A stretch of 64,000 nt of DNA from Octopus sinensis (taxonomy: Eukaryota). Within the stretch, counting starts at the first letter, position 1, and each line of letters starts with the position of its first letter. The notes below the pieces were generated by a model. That model searched no databases and was not told where the DNA came from. It saw only the letters and a program-made list of their open reading frames with translations. Positions 27,157 through 39,985 of this stretch are shown piece after piece. Location: the NCBI RefSeq assembly GCF_006345805.1, contig NC_043015.1, positions 11,718,001 to 11,782,000 on the forward strand, in the 5' to 3' direction. A program made the translations under genes and the position numbers.

Positions 27157-28699
27157 TATATATATATACATATATATATATGGTGTGAGTAGATGCGTGT
27201 ATGCCTGTGTCTGTGAGTGTAATTTGTACGACTTATACAGTTTTTGTTTTTTGTTTATTGGAGGGAGTTTCCTATGCTTCATAGCGCAGTTATATAAATA
27301 TTAAAAGTCTTCTATAAAAACAAAGCTATAACATGAAATAACCTTATGAGAGTAATAGTTCAATCAAGCCTCTTTCTTCTACTATCACACTTTCAACACA
27401 AAGCTCTAGAATCACGATTAACATTCTAGAGTTCAGCTGCAATAAGGTCATTTATTTATCCAAAAGTATCTCTTCTTTTAGGGTTTCAGTCTTTTTTGTG
27501 ATTTTGTCAATACCAACGTTTTGCAATCAGTCTTGCAACAGATCGTTGTGTAATTCGTACGCCATAGTGAAATTAATGAGACACTTGCATCTTGTAGTAG
27601 TAGTAGTAGTAGTAGTAGTAGTATAGTAGTAGTAGTAGTAGTAGTAGCTTCAATGGTTCTTTGTAAAACCGAAAATTCTATAATCAAGTAAGCTTCGCAT
27701 ATTAGAAGTATTGTTTGTTGTTGTTTTCGCCTTTTATTAGCTTCAATACTATTAGTACCGCGATTTAACCGGAGCGCCCCATGTAATTGAGGGCTATTAA
27801 CGATTATTTCGACCCCAGTACTTGTTTAATCGACCTATGTGTAACAAACAGCTAAATTAACCCTTATAGATTTTCTGATATGAAGCAACACAACTCGATG
27901 CTCCGGTTCCAAACGGTATACGCAAACACACACGCGTAGGATTTTTATTCTTTTCATGAGCAAGTTTCTCTTGCGAAATAGTGATCTAGCTGTCATCATT
28001 TTTGTGTAACACTGGATAACTGGATATTGTATTACATTCTACTGGATGCTCCTCATCTCGAGTACATTCAAATAGACGCTTGCAGAGGTTTTGCCTGCCA
28101 AACGTCACATCCAAGATATACTAGAAAATATTTGGTCAATGAAGTATACAGTGGAAACGAACCCAGATCTAAACTATATGGCTCGAAAGTACACATCTTA
28201 ACGACACAGCCATACTGTATTTTGCTGCCTGTCTAGTTAAGCACAATCTAGTTTTTGAACCGAACGAGTATTTCCTTGTTGCTTAACCTCGGAATAACTC
28301 CGATGGGTGCAGACCTGACGTCAAAAGCATTTGAACCTTGAACAAATCCTTTGTTCCTGACTAAAATATAGTGTATCCAAAACAGCATTAATGAATGTAT
28401 CCTTAACATTTATTGATATGATTTGAGAAAGATATGGCTGCTATTTCTGGCAGCGCATATAACTGCATAGAGTTTCCGGTGTTGACCCGTGGGAAGAGTT
28501 CTGTAAACTCAATGTTTACGTTTCTAGTAATAGCACCGCCAATTATATATAGTTTTATACTGATTTCAATATTAACTATCGAAGTAATTATATGTGTATA
28601 TATATATTTATACATACATAAATAATGAATAATGAATGTTAACATTTTGATACAATTGCAAAATGAAACTTCGAGTTGAGAAATGAAGTCAAATGTAAC

Positions 28700-29700
28700 G
28701 ATGATATATTCACGAACCGTCACACATATGCATAATCAAAATTGTGTACTTTTGTATTGATGGAAGATTTACAAGAATTCTTGCATTGATACAAGACAAT
28801 CAGAATTATCGTTGGTTTCTGTGGCACAACTCAGCGTTTAGTAAACTTCAGCTTCTTTCTGTTTTCATCTGCTAAACGAGTCAGGTTCTATTACACTGTA
28901 GCAAATAGCCAGGTAGGATTTTTGTTTTCTGCATTTGATATCACCTTCATTCTCATATTTATTTCTTTACTCTATGACGTTTCTCTGCAGCTCATAGTTA
29001 GTATTGACTTTCCTGTTCTATATAAAGGAAGCTATCTGATGACTTACTAGTCGGTATCGAAACGATCAATACATAGATCTTTCAATTGCCAAACATATCT
29101 GGATAAAACGTCGTCTCAGTTCCTCTCTCCTGGAGTGGATTTAACTCTGAGAAAACATCATTTTCACGAAAATATGTTTTTCTATGCTTTGCCCCTGAAA
29201 TGATTCAGCAAAGTTGAAAACTTTCTTATATCTAATTTCCAACAACACTGGATCAGAATCGCACGTCGATAAACTCATCATTTTTACACCTCAAAATTCT
29301 ATTAATATTCATTAAACTCACACAATTACTAGCAACTGTAAATTATACTCAATAGATTTATACACTTTCTCCAAAGTGTTAATGCCATGTAAAACTCAAC
29401 CTGACATGTACAGCTAGATATAACAAATGCAACAGCTATTACCGATCGATCCATTCAATAATAATAATTATACTAACTACTCAAATCTTGCCCATGAGTC
29501 TTCACTAAATGCATCAATTACTAAGCTATTGTGTAGTTTGTAAAGCAGGGGATGTTTTAAAATCTTTGAATCGGTTTCAGTCCCAATCTTCATATATTTC
29601 ATTTCACTAACGTCACTTATAACTTCAAGTAAAACATAAACTACACTTAATTTTATTCTCTTCCGTCTGAAACTATAAAATGACATTTGTCACATTTTAC
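28700..29700 (+). mobile_element. Ancient BEL/Pao pol relic (RT-RNase H)
   Basis: Collinear eroded motifs: QDNQNYRWFLW (cf. DR.Y.RFLW), SY/DDLLVGIET (cf. YVDDLL.G), GVDLTLRK (cf. GF.LRKW), NAS (cf. DAS), SLITSSKT...RLKL (cf. SKTRVAP...PRLEL). Confidence 0.55.
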
Positions 29701-30791
29701 GTCATACACGTCTGTACTGTTTAATTTTTTTTATATATAATATTTTATAATGGTTTCAAATATTTTCATACACAATAGGTTGTGATGATAAAAGAGTAAT
29801 GGTAGAGCACCAGGCTAAGTGCTTTACATTCTTTACTCTCACCCTTAACCATTTACACTTCTATAATCGAAAGATTAATAATTTTCTTTTGCTTCCCCTG
29901 GGTCCTAGTGTCTATAGCGAACGTGTGATGTTTTATCATTCTTTTTTCCTTTGAGACAGCATATACTTTTTTACGGCTCTGTGCATTTATTTTCTTTCAC
30001 ATCACATCCGTAAAATATAAATGAAACACTTCTTCTCATAAAGCTGAGGCAAGTTATGACTAGAAGACATTTGTGCTTTGCTCAGGGGAATGGCACAATA
30101 ACTGTCATGTTATAAAATTTGAGCCTTTAACCTTCTGATCATTGTGCTGCCACCTTAATATCTGCGATATTATGCCTGCTGTATAAATTTATAAAGCAAC
30201 CTCTACAATGGTTTTAGCACAGAACATAAAGAAACAAGCCAATATTCATCGAGAATAATTGAAACGCAAAATGGCATACATAATTAAAACTGAACATATC
30301 TTACGGCTAATTAATATGTACGCTGTTTTCTATGCGTACGTATATATATGCAAGTGTTTATATATAGTGTGTATCTGTTTGTGTGTCTTTGTCTTATCAT
30401 TAAACCTCGTGAGGGATGTTTCTCTGTTAATATTTTATCAATGTTGCAACTTGTGTGTGAGTGTGTGAATGTGTGTATGTGTGTGTGTGTGTGAGTGTGT
30501 ATGAATGCATGTATGTGTATATGTGTCAGTATGCATATATGCATGTGCGGAGGTATATACATATATATGCCCACAGATATATACTGGTATATATATATAT
30601 ATGTGTGTGTATTTATATATGCATATATATATATTATATATATATATATTATATATATATATATGTACTTATATATGTATCAATATACATATATATATAT
30701 ATACAATCATACTCACACACACAGCCACAGACACACACAAACATACATATATATAATATCACTTTTTCTATTTTCCTACCTATATATATAT

Positions 30792-30823
<32 letters not shown>

Positions 30824-30834
30824 GTATATATATG

Positions 30835-30903
<69 letters not shown>

Positions 30904-32839
30904 TATTCATACATATAATTATATTTTCTTTCTTTGTTTTCTAATTATTATCTTTATTATCATCATTAATATTGATTTTATTTTAAATATTTTGTTATTA
31001 TTGGTGTTATTCCTGTTATAAATATTGTTGTTGTTGTTGTTGTTGTTAATATTAACATCATTATTATCATTGATGGCTACTGGTCATTTTTTCCTTCCGT
31101 CATACTACATTTCTGATTAATAATACACGTCGTGGTGAACAACAACACACAAAAAGGAAATACCACGAACAACATCAACAACGAAAAAAAAAAAGAAAAA
31201 AACTGCAATCAATGACTAGCAGCCAAAAGAAAACGTTTATAAAAAGTAACAACAACAATAATAACAATTATATTAAAAAAAGCCACGTAGCAAGACACAA
31301 AACTTAATGCATATGTGTGCGTGAGTGTATGTGCGTATGTATATGTGTGTATGAGTATGTTCGTATATATATTTATATATGTATATATATATATATATAT
31401 ATATGTATGTTTGTATGTATATGTATGTATGTATGTATGTATACATAAACATACATATATATGCATACGTGTGTGGGTATTTGTGCGTCTGTGTGTTTTA
31501 TGTATATTTATATGTATGTATTTTATGTAGGCGCAAAATAGTCCGAATAGCTAAAAAGTACGCTACACGACTATGAGACAGCGAGTTCAATTCTAATGAG
31601 TGAAAAATCTGGAGCGAAATTCGCTTTCTATAGATTCGTGCCGACCTACGTTTCTGTATATTTGCGGAGGTGCCTGTTTGTGTGAATATGTGTTCCTCGT
31701 GGGCTTGTTGTTATAGTGTTCGATTCACAGTTATAAAGTTGTAGGATTTATTCCTGGGCGGCAAGTTGTGTTCTTGTGTAAGACAGGTTTTCTTTTTACC
31801 GAGTAGAATTCAGTGATATCTATAGAGTAGAAAGAATGTCTGCTGAATTATGGAGAAACACAAATGATGTGATGCAAATAAATGTGGATTTAGTACGGAC
31901 ATTTATTTTCACTACCAATTTGAGAAACTGGAATTTAGTAACAGCTTTAAGAAAGCAGCTTTACATTTAATATTTTCTCGGCTTTTAAATCATGCATTGT
32001 ACGAAGTTCTACATTAGGTAACCGGCAAGATCTTCATACATAGATTTGGATATTACTGAGTTCAAATGGGATGCGATTATTAACTAATATTCGTACTTAA
32101 TTGAAGGATATAAGCATGTGATTGCTTATGTTTGTGATTGTATGTTTGTGCATCTGTATGTGTGCGATTGTACATAGTAATAGGTTTCATTGCAGTTTCC
32201 TTAACTTGGGCGCAGACCAAGTTTGCAACGTTAAATATAGTGATTCAGATGGAAATAGTTTGAAAGAAATTTTATAATGGCTTCTAGCTGTAATTCTTTC
32301 ATCATACACCCTACATGGTATAAAATATAGCATGTTGACATTACTACGACAACATGTACGTGGAAATATAGCCAGGTAGTAATACATCACATTTATAAAA
32401 CTTTGAATAGACAATAACCTCACGAGCAGCAGGAATTATATAACTTGCAGTTGTGTGTTGTTTACTTAGGTTTACGGTGGTCTGTTAATGTTATTAAACA
32501 TGAATTATATAACTCTGATGCAAACAAAAGGACAGTAAATTTTCCTATGGAAATATGCTGGATTATATTATGGTTTTGACGGAAGCAGAGTTGGCAGTTA
32601 TAAACACCAGATAAATAAGGATGGGCACTGTACAGGTATGTCGCCTGTGTCACGTTTCCTGGTGCCTTCTGATGGTTTAAGTACGGCTCTTTATAGACCA
32701 CAGGATTTGAGACTGAGGCACGTCTCTGTGGGCAGTTGTAAGTAATTCGAATGTTACAGGCTGGTGTGGCAGGCTGAAACTGTGTGGGTGTGAGTTTCTG
32801 CTGAAGAATGTAATCTCGGAAGCCATATTACTTTTAATC

Positions 32840-32841
32840 GC

Positions 32842-32893
<52 letters not shown>

Positions 32894-32951
32894 ATAGTAG
32901 TAGTAGTAGTGGTGGTGGTGCTGGTGGTGGTGGTGGTGGAGGTGGTGGTGA

Positions 32952-32992
<41 letters not shown>

Positions 32993-33123
32993 TTGTTGGT
33001 GGTGGTAGTAGTAGTTGTTGTTGTAGTAGTAGTAGTAGTAGAAATACTAAGAGCAGCAGCAGTGGTGGTTGTGATGGTGGTAGTATTATAACTAGTAGTA
33101 GTAGTAGTAGTAGTAGTAGCAGT

Positions 33124-33190
<67 letters not shown>

Positions 33191-33431
33191 TTGTTGGTGG
33201 TGGTAGTAGTAGTTGTTGTTGTAGTAGTAGTAGTAGTAGAAATACTAAGAGCAGCAGCAGTGGTGGTTGTGATGGTGGTAGTATTATAACTAGTAGTAGT
33301 AGTAGTAGTAGCAGTAGCAGCAGCAGCAGCAGCTAGTAGTAGTAGTAGTATTAGTAGTGGTGGTGGTGGTGGTGGTGGTGGTGTTGGTGGTGGTGGTGGT
33401 ATTGGTGGTGGTGGCGGTGGTGGTGATGGTG

Positions 33432-33478
<47 letters not shown>

Positions 33479-33545
33479 GTTGTTGTTGGTGGTAGTAGTA
33501 GTTGTTTTTGTAGTAGTAGTAGTAGTAGAAATACTAAGAGCAGCA
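32840..33545. repeat. Compound (TAG)n/(TGG)n/(TTG)n/(CAG)n trinucleotide array with higher-order repetition
   Basis: Anchor GAAATACTAAGAGCAGCAG at 33041, 33239 and 33528. Confidence 0.93.
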
Positions 33546-33762
33546 GGTAATAAAGAAGGTAATAAAGAAATAGGTATTTCGTCTGCTGCTACGTTCTGAG
33601 TTCAAATTCCGCCGAGGTCGACTTTGCCTTTCATCCTTTCGGGGTCGATAAATTAAGTACTAGTTACGCACTGGGGTCGATGTAATCGGCTTAATACCTA
33701 TGTCTGTCCTTATTTGTTCCCTCTGTGTTTAGCCCCTTGTGGGTAATAAAGACATAGGTATT
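33545..33762 (+). mobile_element. Headless family A SINE monomer bounded on both sides by the tail sequence
   Basis: GGTAATAAAGAAATAG|GTATTTCGTCTG...GGTAATAAAGACATAG|GTATT. Confidence 0.85.
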
Positions 33763-33829
33763 CTGTGTGCGCATTTGATATGTGTACGGACATGAGTGCC
33801 TGTGTGCGAGCGGTAGATGCATGAGTGAT

Positions 33830-34080
33830 ATCAAGAACTACGATTTTATGCTAACGCATATGGAAACTAATCGAAAGAGAGGGGCTTTCTCCGTCCGGCT
33901 TGAGGATCCGTGGAATAAGCTACCGGACGAGATAGTGAAGAAGCCGACCACCGCTCGGCTCGAAGTCTCCCTTGACCACAAATGGCCTGAACTCTTTGCA
34001 TGAACACCACCCTGTACATAACTCCATGTCCCCCTACATGGCCTTGCTTTTTGCGCCAAAAAATTAACTTAACTTAACTT
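33830..34080 (+). mobile_element. CR1/L2-group LINE 3' end
   Basis: RKRGAFSVRLEDPWNKLPDEIVKKPTTARLEVSLDHKWPELFA* (cf. R..FFS.RV...WN.LP..VV...S...FK..LD), followed by an (AACTT)n tail. Confidence 0.8.
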
Positions 34081-34099
34081 ATGTGTGCAGGTGCAACAT

Positions 34100-34240
34100 A
34101 TCAGAAAAGGAAATGATCGCAAAGCAACGCGAAACGAAGTGTTTTGCTCAAGAACACAACCCAACGCCTGTTCTGGGAATCGAACCCAGAATCTCGCAGT
34201 CGTGAGTGCAACACCCTAACCACTACGCCATGCGCCTTCA
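34100..34240 (-). mobile_element. Family C SINE head
   Basis: Minus strand GGCGCATGGCGTAGTGGTTAGGGTGTTGCACTCACGACTGCGAGATTCTGGGTTCGATTCCC has good A and B boxes but no proper tRNA acceptor stem. Confidence 0.8.
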
Positions 34241-34284
34241 CATACATGTGTGTGTCTGTATAGATATATACATATGTGTGATTA

Positions 34285-34319
<35 letters not shown>

Positions 34320-34484
34320 TTATACTCATACACACACACATGTATACATATATATGTACGTACTTATATATACATATATATATTTATGTGTATATATACA
34401 TATATAAATGCATATATATATGTATATATATGTATATATATGTATATATATATATGTACATATATGCATATGTGTGTGTGTGTA

Positions 34485-35584
34485 CAGGAGGTTGCATTAA
34501 AAGGTTCCCAGACTCATTATGTTTAACAAAAAATAAACCCATTTAGCTTTGTACATTATATAATTTTTACATTATACCATTCGAAATAGCTATCTTGCGC
34601 AGCAACAAACCGTTGTCAGCGTTCCTGCTGCTTTTTGAACTCGGCCTAGAAATCGTTTTTCGTAAGCGAGGTAACCTTCTGTAATTCGCATTCGATCTCG
34701 GCAACGGTATTAAAACGTCGATCTTTGGGCTGCATTTTCATGTTGGGCAAAGAAGTCCGGCGGTGCTAAATCTGATGGGTAGGGCAGAGGCAGAAGCGAT
34801 ACCACGTCGTTTTTAGCGAGAAACTCATGAGTGCTCAATGACAGTGCATTGTCGTGGTCAAGAAACCAAATCGTTGCGCCCCACAGACCCGGTTGCGCTC
34901 ACTGAACGTCCTCCCTTCAATGCTTCAAAGCGACGTTGATTGCTCTGTAAAGATTCTCATCCACAAACTGATGAATTTTCTCCACATTTCTGGGGTGACA
35001 ATTTTGCCAGGGCTTCAAGATCGCTCATCGGTTTCCAGAAGTGTTCTTCTTCCGCTTTTGAATCCCCATGCTACCCAAAATATTGCGTATGACCTATTAC
35101 CTCGTCACCGTAAGCTTGTTCAATCACTTTGTATTAGGCTTTCCAAGTTTAATGCAAGACTCTTGGCTCTTTGTTCCAAATTCCTGTTCATGAAATTAAT
35201 CGCAAACTACAGCATACACGTCTTCACATAAACACAAATTCCAAGCCTACGAAGTAAACACACCGAGGTATCTCTCAGCACAGTTATCTTGTAAAGGTCA
35301 CTGTTAGCTTTCACTGCACACGCGACCATGTGCTGCCATCTGTTCGCACGCTACACAAATATTCCGCTGTATAACTACCATAAAACATGAAAGCTCAGAG
35401 TACTAGATTGAGGTTATAGCAAGGGCAACTAGATATAATGACTGCAGCTGAGCAAAGCAAGCAGCACAGTAAAGAAATTGTAATGAGATTTCAAATTATG
35501 GCAGCCTGTGATTCTTGATCATAGTGTAAAAGAGACAGTACTCGCTACATAACTAGTCCGGGAACATTTTGATACCACCTCGTG
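34485..35584 (-). mobile_element. Degenerate mariner transposon with TIRs and TA target duplication
   Basis: Minus strand WFLDHDNALSLSTHEFLAKN...PYPSDLAPPDFF...ENDF. TIRs CAGGAGGTTGCATTAAAAGGTTCCCAGACT / rc CACGAGGTGGTATCAAAATGTTCCCGGACT; TA at 34483-84 and 35585-86. Confidence 0.88.
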
Positions 35585-35669
35585 TATATATACATTCAAT
35601 ATGTAACTGCATGTGTATTGTTGGCGATTTTCTTCATTCGTCTTCCCTTCTTTGGACCTTTCCTTTATC

Positions 35670-35710
35670 TATGTTCCTGACGAAGAGCTACGCTTGAAAC
35701 GTTAAATCCT
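35670..35710 (+). ncRNA. Minimal hammerhead-like motif (CUGACGA core) in a (TA)n-anchored repeat (about 35625-35800)
   Basis: CTGACGA(35677-83)-A-GAGC tac GCTT-GAAAC(35696-700)GTT; stem I is poorly paired in this copy. Confidence 0.5.
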
Positions 35711-35825
35711 CCTTCTTTCTTTCCTTTCCTGAGCATCCAGTAGCACTATACTTGTTCCACGTCCTCACGTTGTTGTGTTTTCATGTTTGGATTAACTATA
35801 TATATATACATATATATATATATGT

Positions 35826-35886
<61 letters not shown>

Positions 35887-36015
35887 TGTGTATGTATGTA
35901 TGTATACATATGTATAAATTTATATAAATAAGTATAAGATCGTTAATTTAATTATCGATCTTATCAAGTGGCCAGCATGGGAATAAAAACCTTCACAGGT
36001 AATAATTATTATTAA

Positions 36016-36286
36016 AATTATAATTTAAGATATCTAAGAAATACCTCCACGCTGGAAATAGTAGCCAAAACTTGACTCTGAAACCACATAAAATGTTCAT
36101 ACAGTACCAGGAGAGATGACAAAAGGACAAGATAAACTAGCAAAAAATTACTTGGGTTAGACGATACCTCCGCTACGGTCACGCTCTCAGGTCGCACCGG
36201 TGCTGTATGAACATTTAATGTGCTTTTAAAGTCAAGCTTTGGTTGCTATTTCCAGCGTGGAGGTATCTCTTAGATATCTTAAATTA

Positions 36287-36291
<5 letters not shown>
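36016..36291. repeat. Fold-back element, about 95-bp imperfect inverted arms, ending in (TA)n
   Basis: AATTATAATTTAAGATATCTAAGAAATACCTCCACGCTGGAAATAGTAGCCAAAACTTGACT versus its reverse complement at 36229-36291; inner ATGTTCATACAGTACC / GGTGCTGTATGAACAT. Confidence 0.85.
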
Positions 36292-36356
<65 letters not shown>

Positions 36357-37019
36357 TGTGTTTGTGTGTGTATGGGGAGATTATTGTTTATAAGAAAATC
36401 AGTGGCTTACCATGCGTAAAGAAGCCCATACATGTATACACACACGTACACACACATATATATATATACACACATACAAACATTTTAAAATTTATACGAC
36501 ATACGCCCTTATTCACACGCACCTTATACACACATACAAGCGTATGGATATTTCCATATGTACAATCAGAATCGTATAGAAACGTATATTATATGTATGT
36601 GAATATGTATCTCTAGCTATATGGACAGATAAAGGCATAGATATACACTAAATTAGGCATAGCTGTGGATTAACATCGAAACAGTCAACGGGAGGAAAAG
36701 ACAAAGAGATAAATAAAGGCTAAGTAGATAAAGCCGAGAAGAAATGAGTATATAAATTGGTGTGTATATATTTTACACGCACAATCAAACTATAGCGTAA
36801 ATAATAAGCAAACGGTTAAGTATTCATGTATGTTAATACACACATACACACACCACCACACACCCACACGCACCACACACACATATATATATATATATAT
36901 ATACCATCATACATATACACATACATACATGCATATGTATATGTATATGTATCTCTGTCCGCTCCTGAATCACTCTCTCTCTCTCTCTCTCTCTCGTTGT
37001 ATATAGATATATATGTATG

Positions 37020-37056
<37 letters not shown>

Positions 37057-37144
37057 ATATATATATGCATGTATTTATATACATACACGTATATATATAT
37101 ATATATATATAGATATAGATATATATATAATATTGTGCATGTAT

Positions 37145-37200
<56 letters not shown>

Positions 37201-37201
37201 G

Positions 37202-37260
<59 letters not shown>

Positions 37261-37580
37261 TATATATTTTACCACCATTATTTATGAGAAACGACCAACA
37301 ATAAACTGTTTTAAAACATTGTTGATAACTAAAATGTTCGGTGAATTATATTCTCCAGCTATTCATTGTTGAATGTATTTTTATTCTTATTTGGCATCTT
37401 GTCTTTTTTTTTGTAATTTTTTCGTAGTTTTACCTACTTTTTATATATTTCGCGCGTTAAATTGCTTCCTTTTACAACGTTAATAAGTGCTAGAGGAGAA
37501 TATATGTAACTGTGTGTTATATACGTATATATATATATATATATATTATATGTTTATACACACACACACACACACACACA

Positions 37581-37653
<73 letters not shown>

Positions 37654-37672
37654 ATATATACAATATAATATA

Positions 37673-37719
<47 letters not shown>

Positions 37720-37764
37720 CATACATACACACGTACATGTATATATGCAAACACACATACGCAC

Positions 37765-37802
<38 letters not shown>

Positions 37803-38132
37803 CATACATATATGCATACATATAGGCATACATACATACGCGTACACGTGCGCTCAAGCATAATATACTAATGAGTACAAAAAAAATGAATTTAAAAGAA
37901 AACCAAGAGAAAAATTCATTCGATGAGAAGAGAAGATATTAAGGTAATGAGTGAGGCAGCTGATGTACGTACCAGCTTGTAATCTGCAGGCTACGCCATA
38001 TTTCGACTATTACGTCTACATACCTACATATATACAGGCATACTCACGTGCGTACACTCAACGTGTGTGTATGCACACACCACACACACACACACACATA
38101 TATATAATATATATATTATATAATATATATAC

Positions 38133-38188
<56 letters not shown>

Positions 38189-38194
38189 TATATA

Positions 38195-38225
<31 letters not shown>

Positions 38226-38334
38226 TATATATATATATGTGTGTGTGTGTGTGTGCGTGTATGTATATATATACATATCCATATATGCTGGTGATTGTAT
38301 ATACTCTATTCTCCTTCATCTTTCTGTCCTCATT

Positions 38335-38335
38335 C

Positions 38336-38382
<47 letters not shown>

Positions 38383-38405
38383 CATTATTTCTATTTGTAG
38401 TAGTG

Positions 38406-38436
<31 letters not shown>

Positions 38437-38448
38437 CAGCAGCAGTAT

Positions 38449-38495
<47 letters not shown>

Positions 38496-38560
38496 TCAGT
38501 AGTAGTAGTAGTAGTAGTAGTAGTAGTTGTAGTAGTAGTAGTTGCTGTTGTTGTTGTCAG
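38335..38560. repeat. (TTA)n followed by (TAG)n trinucleotide array
   Basis: Directly visible. Confidence 0.95.
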
Positions 38561-38959
38561 TATTATAAACTGTTATTGATGTTTTTGAAAGACACTGGAT
38601 TGTGCACTGTAAAGAAAGGAATGGAAACAAAAATAAACCAAAAAGAACAGATTAAAATTTTAGCTTATATTTAAATATTTGGGTTTTTTTTAAATCTCTT
38701 ATCGACAGGAAAGTTGTTGACATCCTCCATTTTGACTTCTGATAAGGAATATTTTAAAGACAAAGTATGGAAACATAATGAAAAATGCAAAACGTTGTGA
38801 AGCCTTGAGTTTTTTGGGTTCTGTTTGTTTAATTCTTAACTTCACTCATTTATTACCAACACACTTTCTAGTGTCTATCTCAAACAGCTTTAACTGTATG
38901 ATAGAGAACTTCATATGAACTGTACATTACTCTGTCTTTCATACCTATGCCTCTCTGAC

Positions 38960-39027
38960 TCTGTATGTATGTATGTATGTATGTATGTATGTATGTATGT
39001 ATGTATATATGTATGTATGTATGTGTG

Positions 39028-39061
<34 letters not shown>

Positions 39062-39182
39062 TGTATGTATGTATGTGTGTATGTATGTATGTGTGTATGT
39101 ATGTATGTATGTGTGTATGTATGTATGTATGTATGTATGTATGTATGTATGTATGTATGTATGTATGTATGCATGCATGTAT
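38960..39182. repeat. (TATG)n array
   Basis: Directly visible. Confidence 0.95.
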
Positions 39183-39360
39183 AGTTCACAAATGATGAAT
39201 AGTACTCAAAAGAATGAAACTTAGACTCCGATATGTATACATATATATATGTTTAGAATTTCATACCCAAACTGTTATACTTATATTTAATATATTTTAT
39301 GTATTTATTGTATCTCACTTGCTTATCCGCACAATTACCTATATATATATATATATATTA

Positions 39361-39833
39361 TATAAAAGGGCTTAGTAAAATAAATTACTTTGCCACATAC
39401 TGAACTCATTAGAAATAGCAACCAAAAAAGTTTTTTAGTTATTAGTTTAGCCCACGTGGGTGGAAGGGGAGAGCAGGAATTCTTCGCTTGCATATTTTGA
39501 ATTTGTTGGCACTGTCAGTTTGAACGGGTCATCTGAGGTGTTAAGTCGCCAAAAGGGTATGTTCCTACTTTCAGTGTTTCCAAATCCAAATTAAGAAATT
39601 TTGGGCTGACGAAAGAAATGTCGAATTTTATTTGGCTGATCTAGAAACGTACGTTCTCAAATAATCTTTGATTTTTAATGTTTTTTACCCCCATACCTTC
39701 GTGGGTATTTTGAGTAAACACTATCTGAGAGAAATTTCTTTAAGTATTAGAAATAGCTAAAAAACTTTTTTGGCTGCTATTTCTAATGAGTTCAGTATGT
39801 GCAAAGTAATTTATTTTACTAAGCCCTTTTATA
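39361..39833. repeat. Fold-back/MITE-like element with about 82-bp inverted arms between TA repeats
   Basis: 39361-39443 is the near-perfect reverse complement of 39752-39833. Confidence 0.88.
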
Positions 39834-39933
39834 TAATGTAATATTTTGAATTCGCCTTAAATGGTCCTTTTACATACTGAATACTTGGTGAAATTGATTA
39901 ATAACTAATTAATTTTACCCTCAATTGTTGAAA

Positions 39934-39985
<52 letters not shown>

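Noticed and set aside
29030-29080. CTGATGA...GAAAC as a hammerhead
   Set aside because: Stem II is not closed and stem III/NUH is missing; the same bases fit the DDLL motif of the BEL RT relic better.
32462-32640. AG...GT-bounded exon-like segment
   Set aside because: All three plus-strand frames contain stops between the acceptor and donor, and the minus ORF has no recognisable homology.
34170-34240. tRNA gene
   Set aside because: A and B boxes are present but the acceptor stem is absent and it continues into a SINE body.
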